A DNA stretch of 64,000 bases from the human T2T-CHM13v2.0 reference genome, Homo sapiens. The notes under the pieces are model-generated. The model did not search any database and was not told the DNA's origin. It worked only from the letters and a program-made list of their open reading frames with translations. A program made the translations under genes and the position numbers. This document shows positions 1-11,993 of this stretch, in pieces (within the stretch, counting starts at the first letter, position 1; every line of letters begins with the position of its first letter). The stretch lies in assembly GCF_009914755.1 (NCBI RefSeq), contig NC_060928.1; one strand, 5' to 3'.

Positions 1-200
1 AGAACGCGGAAGTAGGAGTTGCCAGGTCTTATTAAGACTGAGTCCTGAAACAGGTGCAGCATCACTTCCACTGCACTCTCTTGGTTAAAGCAAGTCACAT
101 ACCCAACCCAGAGTGGAGTACATGAGGTCCTGACTTCCAGGAGGTGTGTACACCAGGAGGGGTGTTTCACTGGGGGCCATCAATGTAATGAACTGTCATA
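1..200 (-). mobile_element. MLT1-family MaLR LTR fragment
   Basis: atcacttccactgc..ttggttaaagcaagtcac..accaggagg..tgggggccat resembles the reverse complement of the MLT1 5' portion. Confidence 0.6.
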
Positions 201-1082
201 GCAAGTGAGGCAGAGCATTGATTCTAGCAATTCTTTTAGAGACTCTGAGACCCTTGGAGACAGAACTGTAGAGATCATCTAGCCCAACTCATTGAGGAAA
301 CGGAGGTCCTGATGACTACTGTCCACAGGGGCCGTGTGGATGCTCTGGGTTTTCGCTTAAAGAAGTGACAAGTTAAGGAACCATATATATTTTGTAGAGA
401 AAAAGGTCTTGAAATGGTAGTGGCCAATTTTCAAAAATTTCAAATACATAGCATATCCCAGAGAATGAGGATATGCTATATTTTTAGACAAAGTATGCTA
501 AGTCACTACTGATCAAACAATCACTGGAATGACTTGACAAGAGGAACAGAGTGCCACTTATCTGAATTCTCAGCCAAATGGGAGGATGTTTCTTTTCCTT
601 TATAGGCTTATTGTTAAAAGGTGTTTTGTACCACCGAATAATTTCCCTCTAAAGAAATAAAAGAAATCCTGGGAACCAGTAAGATTCATGACTCCTGCAA
701 AATCCTAAATTTCCCTCAATAATTTCCCTTTTCTAAAAAGAAAAAAAAGTCGCTGGATGACCAAGATTGTTCTAAATTCCTGGGTTGGTATTTAGGCTCA
801 CGGAGTAGTTTCTTCAGTTGAGGTTTCTGAGCATCTTCTCAGGAAGATGGCGCTGCCTCAGACTTTCCCAGCACAGTGCCCCTAGTGGCAGAAGAGAAGG
901 TTGCGTGCTGCTGGGCTCTAGCTCTAAATGTACCTGAAAATACTTTTTCTTGAATTCTCCTCTTAATCTTTAAAATTTATGTTAACCTTTCCTTCTGCTC
1001 TATGATATATTCATAATTGTTTTAAAATAAAATATAATGTTTTAGATTATTCATCACTTACGGGGATAGTCAAGGCTATCCC

Positions 1083-1110
1083 CGTTTCCCCCTCCCCTCC
1101 CCTCCCCTCC
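1083..1110. repeat. (CCCCT)n simple repeat
   Basis: Directly visible. Confidence 0.85.
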
Positions 1111-1231
1111 GTCTAATTACTGGACATCTTTGAAACACTTGACAAAATCAATTATTTTTTAAATTTTAGATTAAATTATTTTCGGCAAACGTTTTAAGTC
1201 CCTCCCCTTTGACCTCCGTGGGACGAATATA

Positions 1232-2366
1232 CAGTCATATACTACATAACAACCTTTCTGTCAACAACAGACCACATATAGAATGGTGGTCCCATAAGAT
1301 TATAATGAAGCTAAAACATTCCCACCACCTACAGAGGTTGTAGCCGTGGGAAAGTCGTAGCACAATGCATTACTCACGTGTTTGTGGTGATGCTAGTGTA
1401 AACAAACCTGCTGTGCTGCCAGCCACATGAAAGTCTAGCATATGCAATTATGTACAGTATGTAAAACTTGATCATAATAATAAACTATGTTACTGGTTTA
1501 TATATTTACTACACTATACTTTTAATCGTTATTTTAGGGTATACTCCTCCTACTTAGAAAAAAGTTAGCTACAAAATAGCCTCAGGCAGTTACTTCAGGA
1601 GCTATTCTAGAAGAAGGCATTGTTAGCATGGGTGATGACAGTTCCATGCTGCCCCTGAAGACCTGCCAGTGGGACAAGATGTGGAGGTGGAAGACAGTGA
1701 GATTCATTGTCCTTACTCTGTGTAGGCCTAAGCTAGTCTGTGTTTGTATCTTAGTTTTTAACAAAAAAGTTTAAAATGTAAAGAAAATACATAATTTTAA
1801 AAATAGAAAAATGCTTTTAAAATAGTATATAAAGAAAATATATTTCTCAGACATTGGTACAATGTGTTTGTGTTTTAAGTGTTATTACAAAAGAGACAAA
1901 AAGCTTTTAACAATTTTAAAATGTATAAAGTAAAATAGTTACAGTAAGCTGAGGTTAATTTATTATTGAAGGCTGTAAGTTAATTTATTATTTTCTAGAT
2001 AAATGTAATGTAGCTTACGTCTACAGAGTTTATAAAGATTACAGTAGTGTGCAGTAATGTCCCAGGCCTTCACATTCACTCACCACTCACTCACTGACTC
2101 ACAGAGCAACTTCCAGTCCTGCAAGCTCCATTCATGGTATAAATGCCCTATACAGGTGCACCATTTTAAATTTTTTATAGTGTACCCTTACTGTAGCTTT
2201 TCCATGTTTAGGTATATGTAGACACCCAATACTTAGCATGGTGTTGCCACTGCCTACAGTATTCAGTACAGTATCATGCTGTATAGGTTTGAAGCCTAGG
2301 AGCAATGGGCTATTTCATATAGCCCAGTGTAGTGGGCTATACCATCTAGCTTTGTGTAAGTACACT
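1232..2366. mobile_element. Tigger3b (Golem-type) Tc1/mariner non-autonomous DNA transposon, one end missing
   Basis: Starts TA|CAGTCAT..cataac..ggtggtcccataagattataatg and follows the Tigger3 pattern to ..accatctag.tttgtgtaagtacact; the distal TIR is absent. Confidence 0.85.
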
Positions 2367-2525
2367 TGTGTTAGGCCGTTCTTGTGTTGCTATAAAGAAA
2401 TACCTGAGACTGGGTAATTTAATAAGAAAAGAGGTTTAATTGCTCATAGTTTTGCAGGCTGTACAGGAAGAATGTGCCAGCATCTGCTCAGCTTCTCGGG
2501 AGGCCTTGGGGAGCTTTTACTCATC
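2367..2525 (-). mobile_element. MST-type MaLR LTR fragment (MSTB-like)
   Basis: tgtgttaggccgttcttg..gctataaagaaatacctgagactgggtaattt..aagaaaagaggtttaatt is the MST/THE1 terminus; truncated after about 160 bp. Confidence 0.85.
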
Positions 2526-2544
2526 TATTTTTATCAGCTGACTG

Positions 2545-2815
2545 AACACGTCTAAGCAAATACTTGGCGGCACCTCAAAGTTAAGTGTCCAAAACTGAAC
2601 TCATTATGTTCTCCACAAAATCTGCTTCTCCTCCTGTATTCCCAATCTTAACACAACCATCTTCCCAGCCACCCATGTTAACAACTTTGAGGATATATTT
2701 GACCTCTCCTCCTCATTTCCCAAGCCTAGTCACCAAAATCCTGCTGAATCTAGTTCTAAAACATACAGAAAAACCTTTTAGCTAGTCCAGGACCACACCA
2801 TCTCTTGCTTGGGCT
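2545..2815 (+). mobile_element. L2 fragment
   Basis: cacctcaaa..tgtccaaaactgaactcat..ctcctcctgtattcc L2 signature. Confidence 0.65.
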
Positions 2816-2816
2816 T

Positions 2817-3189
2817 TGCTTAGCTCAGGTCACTATAACAAAATACCATAGAATGGGAGGTTTAAATAATAGACATTTATTTCTACAGTTCTGGAGACTG
2901 GGAGGTCCAAGATAAAGATGCAGAAAGACTTGGTTCTTGGTGAGGGCCTTCTTCCTGGCTTGCAGACTGTTGCTTTCTTGCTGTGTCCTCACATGGAGGA
3001 GACAGGATGTTCTGGTACCTCTTCCTCTTCTTATAGGGGCATTAATCCCATCATGAGGGCCCCATTTACCCTCTTGACCCCTGCTAAACCTAGTTATTTT
3101 CCAAAGTCCTGCCTCCTAGTCCCATCACATTGGGGGTTGGGGCTTCAACATATGAGTTTGGGGAAGATACAAACATTCATTCCATAACA
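2817..3189 (-). mobile_element. MLT1A-type MaLR LTR
   Basis: ataacaaaataccataga..catttatttct.cagttctggag..ggtgagggcc..cttcaacatatga..aacattcattccataaca; near-matching 5-bp flanks GGCTT/GACTT. Confidence 0.85.
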
Positions 3190-3579
3190 GACTTTTACAC
3201 TGATGTCCTAAATTTCCCTCTCACTTTCAATCTTTTCTCCCCTCATCTACACAGCTTTCAGATTTTTTTTTCTAAAGTACAGTAATGGCACATTGCTCAC
3301 TTGGGTAAGTTTTCAGTAGCTCCCTGTATTATTTAACCACGACATTTGCAGCAAGGCAGAATCAGGCCCAACCCATCCATTTCATCTCCAATTATTCCTT
3401 CCTCTGGCCCCACCCTCTCTTCTTTGTTTCTCTTTGCTAATACTCTTTCCTCTGCCTCTTTCTGTGCGGCAAGGCAGATGATACTCATTTTTGTTTCTCG
3501 CTCACCTCAAATGTGATGGCTTTCATGAAGTCACCTCCGCAGACAGAATTAATCATTCTCTTATCTGTGATTTATGGGT

Positions 3580-4250
3580 CAGTGGTTCTTAACATTGGTT
3601 GCATATTAGAATCACCTGGTGTATTAGTTAGAGTTCTCCAGAGAAACAGAATCAACAGAATGTATGTATGAAAGAATACACAGGATAGATATTTATAATA
3701 AGGAATTGACTCATGCAATTATGGAGGCTGAAAAGTCCCAAAATTTGCGGTAGGCAAGCTGGAGACACAAGAGAGCTGATGGTGTAGTTCCATTCCAAAG
3801 GCCAGAAGGATCAAGACCTAAACAGAGCCAATGTTTCAGTTCAAGTCCAAAGGCAGGAAAAGAAAACAACAACAACAACAAAACCCAGCATCTCAGCTTG
3901 ACGATAGTCAGCCAGGAGGAATTCCCTTTATTCAGGGGAGGATCAGGCTTTTTGTTCTATTCAGGCTTTTCACTAACTGGAAGAAATCCACTCACATTGG
4001 AGAGAGCAATCTGCTTCACTCAGTGTATCGATTTGAGTGTTAATCTCACCCCAAAACACTCACACAGACACACTCATAATAATGTGTGACCAAGTATCTG
4101 AGTACCCTGTGGCCCAGTCAAGTTGATATACAATTAATCATTACACCAGGGAAACTTAAAATATACACTGATTCTGCTGGGATCCAGCCCAGGGCTTTTG
4201 TGGTTTCATTGGTCTGGGGATTTTTCCTGAAGCCAGGGGAAAATTGCCAA
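3580..4250. mobile_element. MER5-type hAT element split by an MLT2 LTR
   Basis: cagtggttcttaacattggttgcatattagaatcacctgg resumes after 4145 as ccagggaaacttaaaa. Confidence 0.6.
3620..4145 (-). mobile_element. MLT2 (ERV-L) solo LTR
   Basis: TGTATTAG..ttctccagagaaacagaa..ggaattgactcat..ggcccagtcaagttga..ATTACA; TG..CA ends; 5-bp TSD CCTGG/CCAGG. Confidence 0.88.
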
Positions 4251-4259
4251 CTAAATTTT

Positions 4260-4394
4260 CATATATATGATTACATTACATATGTAATTACATTACATAT
4301 ATTATGTTATGTGTAATATAATTATATGTATATATGTATGTGTGTATATATATGCTACTATATATATATTATATGTGTGTGTATATATATATAT
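4260..4394. repeat. TA/TG-rich compound microsatellite
   Basis: Directly visible. Confidence 0.9.
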
Positions 4395-4489
4395 CTTTCA
4401 ATAGAGTGTGGAATCCTTAAAGGCAGGGTCTGGACTTAGCCATGGTTATCTCAACACCGGCCTGGAAATTGAACCACACTGTGGCATAA

Positions 4490-4519
4490 CGGTTATGATT
4501 ATGGTTATGGTTATGGTTA

Positions 4520-4525
<6 letters not shown>
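4490..4525. repeat. (GGTTAT)n repeat abutting the MLT1 start
   Basis: ggttatgattatggttatggttatggttatgttatgg. Confidence 0.8.
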
Positions 4526-5290
<765 letters not shown>

Positions 5291-7074
5291 TAACCAGTAA
5301 GAGTGAAGCTGTGCTTGCAGGAGAGGGGGGTGCACTAAATTTATGGGAAGGTAGAGTGGGATAAACAAGAATTGGTCATTCTTTCACTATGGTGTGAGGA
5401 AGGAGTGTTTTGAGAATTACTTGCTTATTTTTCTGTTTGAGCTTTAAGGTTTGGGATTTTCCACATGCTGGTGATCTTGAGATATATAATTGAGTCCCTT
5501 GAGTTGAACACCTTTCCAGAAATGATCACCCGAACTGATAACTGTTCTCATTTCTCAAGCTACCCATAGATCTACTAGAAATTAATACGCAGACCCCTGG
5601 CTTATCCATTTCTCATTTTTTTCACTAAAGCTTGATCAACTCAGGGCTCATTCGTCAGAGCACATTTCTGGATCTGTAAGATCTGGGATGAGTCAGGGGC
5701 TCACCAAGGTCATTGGGAAGCACTGCCTGCCCAGCCATCTGCCCCTCACTCTTTGACGTCTCTTTAAATTAAACACCACATCCCGTGGTAAAATTGTTCT
5801 TGCCCTATTAATAGCCAGCTTGGCTCGTGTTGCACTGAAAATCCACGGAGGAAGGGTGTCAGAGAGAAGAAAAAGGCTACAGACCCAAGGGCACATTTCT
5901 TGGTCAGATGACTCCAGTCTCTGAGGAATCCCAAGAATTCTCTGTGTAAAATGCCTGGGCCTTCTCCTCCGCTTCTCCTGTGACTTCTTTTTCTAAGATC
6001 TCATCAACCAAAGTGAACTTTCCCCTTTTCCTTCCCCAATATTTTCATGCTTGAATTTATTTTTGATCAGGAAATGCTACAAGGTTACTTTAAGAGAAGT
6101 ATCCAAACCCCTTTCTGTGGACTCATGAGACATTTCTAACTTCATCCATGTCATTACTGAATTAAAATGGAAACCTTCCACTCCCAGTTGTTACTGATGC
6201 TTTCTGCAGCCGCATCTTTATAAAATTGTGATATAATTTTACAACTGATTGGCCTACAATTTTATAGGGCTGCCACAAACTCACATCTGCTCCCCGAGAT
6301 GGGCCCTGGTAGCTTCCTAACTTCTCTCTGTACTATTTTCTCTAAATTTCCCATCCTGGCCCTGACCGAGTGCTCTTTCCTTCTGCTGGCTGCCACACTT
6401 GGGTCACCTCCTCACGGCTGTCACCACTCCACAGTCAGGAAGTCCCTGCCAAAGCTTCTCGGGCTATTTTTCAAATGTTTGACCTTTGCCCATTCCTGAC
6501 GCACCCACTACTCACATTCTTCCTGCCTCCTCTCTCTACACACTGATTTCTTGGCCTTTATAGTCCCCAGCTCCCTACCCTGGCCCTCATTACTGGCGGT
6601 GTGCCAGCCTTTAAATCCAGTTTCATCATCGTGCCCTGTGGTGTAAAGACAGAGAAGTGTCTCTCTGCCTAGGGACAGGAGTTCTTGGCGCCACTAAAGA
6701 GGTTGTCTTCTGGTCCCCACCCTTCCATCTTGGAAAAAGCTCCAACTCCAAGTGCTTCATAATGGTGGGGTGTGGCTTTCTTTAGAAAATCCCAGGTGAT
6801 TTCTCTAAAAGACAGGTGCAAAATGCAGAGGGGATGAGGGTGGAGCTATTCCTGGACTCCTTTTTTTTTTTTTCTCAGAAGCTGGTTTTGATCAGCTTTG
6901 ATGTTAACCCTAGCATCTGCACAATGTCCTGCTTGCTTAGTTCTCTTCACTGGTGGTTCCCAGGGGATAGGAAAAGCAGGCTGGAAAGGCCAGCACACTA
7001 GCAATGCACTGGATGTTTAGAGGTGCTCTCCTGTACCCAACCCAGGCCACCCCCTCCCCCCACTCCCCGGGTCT

Positions 7075-7260
7075 GTGTCCGGGGCTTTGTACAGTGTTGT
7101 TTCTCAAAGTGTGGTCTGGGGATGAGCAGCGTCAACATCATCAAGGAGCTTGTTAGAAATGCAGAATCCCAGGTGCCATCTGTGACCTCCTGAATCAGAA
7201 TCTCATTTTAGCATGATCTCCAGGTAGTTCTTATGCACACATCGCAGCAGGAACAGTGGT
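7075..7260. mobile_element. MER5A-type hAT element
   Basis: ttctcaaagtgtggtc..gagcttgttagaaatgcagaatcccagg..ctgaatcagaatct..tatgcacac. Confidence 0.8.
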
Positions 7261-8504
7261 GTACCACGTGTGTGTGCAGCCGCCCAGGGCAGCGGGAGCC
7301 TGCCCAGTGCCCCCGGAGCAGCTGAAGGAACACCTTCAAGAATGTAGCAGGCTAAGTGCATTTAGAGGTTATCAGTGTGTCAGCGAGGCAACCTCTTTGT
7401 GGGGATCATTTAATTAATGTTAATTGCTCTTGGCCTGTTGTGTGACTCTGGCAGGATTTACGGAAAATCACCGTAATCTAAAACCCTATAAAAGAGTCAT
7501 TGCTTTTAGAGGCCTTGTGACTCATGCCCGGAGACACCTTCTGATACTTGATGCATCACACAGATGTATAAATAATGCCCACATCTGCATAATCCTCAGA
7601 GGCATCAAGGCACTTCATTTTTGGTGGGGGCAGGTGCACCCAGGTGAAGAGCAGTGCTCCTCATATGTTATGATCTGGGTGGCAGTTGGTGAGAATTTGC
7701 TTTACAAAGAGAAATGATTTATCCAGTTTTATTACCCAATTCTGTGCTTTCATGGATTACATAAATTTTGTTATTGCCATCAGCCCAGTGGATGTTTAAA
7801 GTGGTTTCCATATTGCATGACACCCCATCCCTCCTCCTCTTAGCATCTCACAGGTCAGGGAGAGGAAGAAGTAGGCTTGAAATACACATAGTGACAGGTG
7901 ATGGCTCATGAGGCACAATCCCAGGAAAGCTCGCAGAGCGCTTCCCAATGGCAGGCGCCTGCGCAAACACAGCTAGTAGGTTAGAAAGGGAATTATGGGG
8001 CTGGGACATACCTGTCTGTGCTAACCCCATGTCTGAGGTCACACTCATTTAAAGAAAAGAGCATGTTTGCCTTTTCAACATTGATCTTTACCTCCTTGCC
8101 CCTCCCCTCTTTTCTTAAGCTCTCTGTTCCCTTCAATTTGAAAGGGATGTAGGTGCATTTTGGACTCATTCACCCTCTGTTTCAATTAATTACCCTCAAG
8201 AGTAACTTATTTTCCATACTTATCCTCCTGAGAGGAGTTGGGCCTCTGAAACTTTCACTCTTCAAGCTTCAAACAACAATTTCTTACAGTTATTTTTTTC
8301 CTAATATGAAGGATGTCTTACTTTTAACTTTGAAAACAATCTCTTTCATGATCCTGAAGATTTCTTTATCCTCACACATTCCATCCCTTCCCCAAACCCA
8401 GAGCATCATTGTCTTGCTTGAGATGAGACCAAATCCTACTCATCTTCCCTGAGTAATCCTTATTTTGGTTGAAGGCTGACAGTTTCTGGTTTGTTTTTGC
8501 ACTT

Positions 8505-8650
8505 GCTGGTTCTCTCAATCCTCACTAAAATCCTGTAACCTAAACAGAGCAAGTATCTCAGTACCTATTTCACAGATAGAGAAACTAAGGTCAGGAAGCC
8601 TTTTTCAGGGAGCAGAGCGGGGGCCAGAATGAAGACGTCCAGCTTCCTGT
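8505..8650 (-). mobile_element. MIR fragment
   Basis: aatcctcac..cctatttcacagatagagaaactaagg MIR core. Confidence 0.55.
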
Positions 8651-9247
8651 ACAGAGCAATTGTGGCCACCCCAGGGCCACCTCAGCACACTGGGTTTTCC
8701 ACAGACTCTAGCTTTCCGGCACCATGATGGCAGCAGCACTGTGCTCACGGGCCAGCCTTGACAAATGTTCTCTGCTGTGCTGTGGGGCTGCCCTCATTTT
8801 ATCCAGGGAAGGCCATGGCCACAGACCTCACTGGGTATGGCACTCTCTCTTGAGCTTGGTTTATCATCCTGTGTGGGCATGAGCCACGTGGGTGCTGTCG
8901 TAACAGCATTGGAGTCCCTACATATCTCCCCTAATTCTTCCCTGATCAGCCTGCAGCACAAATGCTCTGCTCTTCTCACAGGTCTTTTAGGCTATGGTAA
9001 TTGCTCTGGGAGCAATGACCCATTTTTCCACACCGAACAGCATGCGCCATCTGCGGGCTCTCTCGCCCAAATGATTCAAATTCTCTTAAATCCAGTTTCA
9101 CTGTCACTTGTCATTTGCTCTGTGTCCCAGCCTTGCATTGTCTGCTAATCTGGAGATCTGAATTTCTGTTGTTTTCCTCCTTTCCACCAGTAGATGAGTT
9201 GACAGGGATTCAGTGATTCCTAAGAAAGACAGAGTTAAAAAAATGCT

Positions 9248-9330
9248 TCATTCACTCACTCATTCATTTATTATTGAGCACTTACCTTGCCCAAAGCCCA
9301 GTGCTGAATACTGGGGGACAGAAAGCTGGT
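9248..9330 (-). mobile_element. L2 3' end
   Basis: cattcactcactcattcatttattattgagcactta. Confidence 0.6.
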
Positions 9331-9449
9331 CAAGGCCAGATGATTCCTGCTGGCCAGCAACAGATATGCCAACAACGACCCCCCCAGTGAACCAGAGCCA
9401 AATGAACAAGAAGGGGTAGCATGGAATATTAAATCCCCTCCACATCCCA

Positions 9450-9560
9450 TTAGAATTAAGCTCCTAATGGTAAGGACGATAAACAGTCTTGCTTGCTGAC
9501 AAATCCCCAGGACCTAGAAGAATGCTTGGCTTGTGTGGTGCTCAGTAAGTATTGAATTGA
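9450..9560 (+). mobile_element. L2 3' end
   Basis: aagctcct..ggtaaggac..cctagaa.aatgcttggc..gtggtgctcagtaagtattg. Confidence 0.6.
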
Positions 9561-9649
9561 GTTTAAATTTACATTATTGACCCAGGTTCTCCACCCTCCC
9601 TTATTCGCATCTTTGCCATACGACCAGGCAGCTCCTCTACTGGAGGAGA

Positions 9650-10087
9650 ATACTTCCCCACTGCTCCACTTTGGGCTCCCATATGTGGCTTGCTTTGACC
9701 AATGGCATCCAGGGGAAGTACGTGACAATCTGTTAGTTCCAAGTCTAGGTCCCTAACAGCTGTCACGTATTTCCACTCTTTTTTGGCCTCTGTCACTGCC
9801 ACAAGAAGAGCATGTCTTGTCTAGCCCACTGGTCCAAAGAGGATGAGACAGTAAAGAGGATCCAGACCCACAAACTTGCAGTGTAGAGCCAAATTCCCCA
9901 GCCTAGTACAGCCTATGTTAACTCCCTCTTCCAACCCACAGATGCAGGAGCAAGTCAGCCAAGATCAGCAGAGCCGCTTCAGCTGAGCCCAGCTGACCCA
10001 CAGATGTATGAACATTGTTATTTTAAGATGTGGAGAATTGGGATGGTTTATTATGCAGCACTGCTGTGAAAATAGCTCACTGATACT
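9650..10087 (+). mobile_element. Old MLT1 (H/I/J-like) LTR
   Basis: ttgctttgaccaatgg..cagccaagatcagcag..ttgggatggtttattatgcagca..atagctcactgatac. Confidence 0.65.
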
Positions 10088-10163
10088 GTCTCAGTTTGCT
10101 ACCTGATTTCTTTCTGGGACTGGATCTGTAAGGCATTATTTGCCCTCGTGGTTGCTCCAAAAC

Positions 10164-10325
10164 CAAGGGTTGGCAAACTTTGTAAAGGCTCAGACAGCAA
10201 ATATTCTAGGTTTTGTGGGCCACATACAGTTTCTGTTGCATTCTCCCTCACTTGCTCTCTCTCTTTTTTCTCCCCAGGCTTTGGTTTGGATTTGGCCCAT
10301 GAATTATAATTTATCCAATCCCATT
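10164..10325. mobile_element. MER58-type hAT element
   Basis: caagggttggcaaactttgtaaagg..aatatt.taggttttgtgggccacata..ggatttggccca. Confidence 0.7.
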
Positions 10326-11007
10326 CTAAACCACCAGAAACATACTAATTGGTAAAGGTTTTTATCTAGACTTCAGATTCAAATCAGAATTCCATCTATT
10401 TATTGAGGGCCTACTATAAGCCAGGACTCTTCCAGGCACTTTAAAATTCATTGTCTTATTTTATTGTGTGAAGATGACTTTCCCATCAAGGAGATAAGCA
10501 CAAGGGGCTTCAATAAAATTATGGCAGACACAAGCTAATTTTTTTCTCCCATCAAAGAACCTATAGCCTGTGCTTCATTATTACCTGTGTCTCACTTTTA
10601 TAGGTGAGACTGACCCTGGAAATCAGAGGCAGATTTGAGGTTCTCTTGACTTTCACTTTGGACTATAAAGCTGGTCACATTGTGATTTGTAAGCTGGGCT
10701 ACTCAGTAGGGTGCTGGCAGCACTTGAAAAGAAAGGGTAAACAGGATGTGACTTCCTGGGTCACCACTTTTTTTAGTGGCAAAAAGTTTAATTAACATAA
10801 GTGTTAATTTCAAATGTTTTAAAATATGAAAGGACATTATTAAAAGAATGGGGGAAAATCACATGAAGTTTCAAGATAATATAAGACTTAAAGACATTTT
10901 GAATTTTTAGCTTTGGACTCATGCCCAAGCCTCTATTACTATCTTTTCAACCCTTTTTTGTTATTAAGGGACTTTGTTAGGAAATTGTTAGGAAAGTTAG
11001 AGAAACA

Positions 11008-11085
11008 TCTCCCTACCTCCCTCCCTCCCTCCCTCCCTCTCTCCCTCTCTTCCTTCCTTCCTTTTTTCTTTCTTTTTTTTTTTTT
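11008..11085. repeat. CT-rich low complexity (CCCT/CTTC/T)
   Basis: Directly visible. Confidence 0.85.
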
Positions 11086-11124
11086 GCAAAAGCACAGGTG
11101 TTAGAGGTTGTTTTTTTTTAAAGA

Positions 11125-11314
11125 GCTCAATACATTTTTTATTTGATTACATGTTGAATGAATATTTTAGATATACTGGGTGAAATAAAATGTATTATTA
11201 AAGTTAATTTTACTTATTTTTCTTTACTTCTTTTTCATGTGGCCACTAGCAAATTTAAAATTATAGCATGGCTTGCATTTGTGGTGCATATTGTATTTTT
11301 GTTGTCCAGTGCTG
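11125..11314. mobile_element. MER33/MER3-type hAT fragment
   Basis: attgattacatgttgaa..atattttagatata.tgggt.aaataaaat..atgtggccactag.aaatttaaaatta..gtccagtgctg. Confidence 0.7.
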
Positions 11315-11385
11315 ATCTATAATATAGCATCCAAGTTGATTGTCTACAGAGTTCTTTTTTCATGGGGCCTCTTGAATAAACGTAG

Positions 11386-11700
<315 letters not shown>

Positions 11701-11993
11701 TGCTAGAGTTTTATGTAGTCTTTTTGGCCTCCTGTCTTGCTTGCAGCAGTTTTGTTATAAGAAGCAGTACAATCCATAGGGTCCTCTTATTTAGAGAAAA
11801 CTGTCCCACCAAAGATAATCGCCCAGCTGGAGTCCAGTTTCTCTCCTTATAGACCAAGCTCCAGATTCTTGGGCTTTGAGCATCCAGAATTTGTTGTCCT
11901 GAACTTCACCTAGTGTGCATATCCCAGCCTTATGAGGTGGCCTGGGGCAGCTCTTTGTACAGGATGGTAATAGGGCGGAGAGAGTTTGAACAC

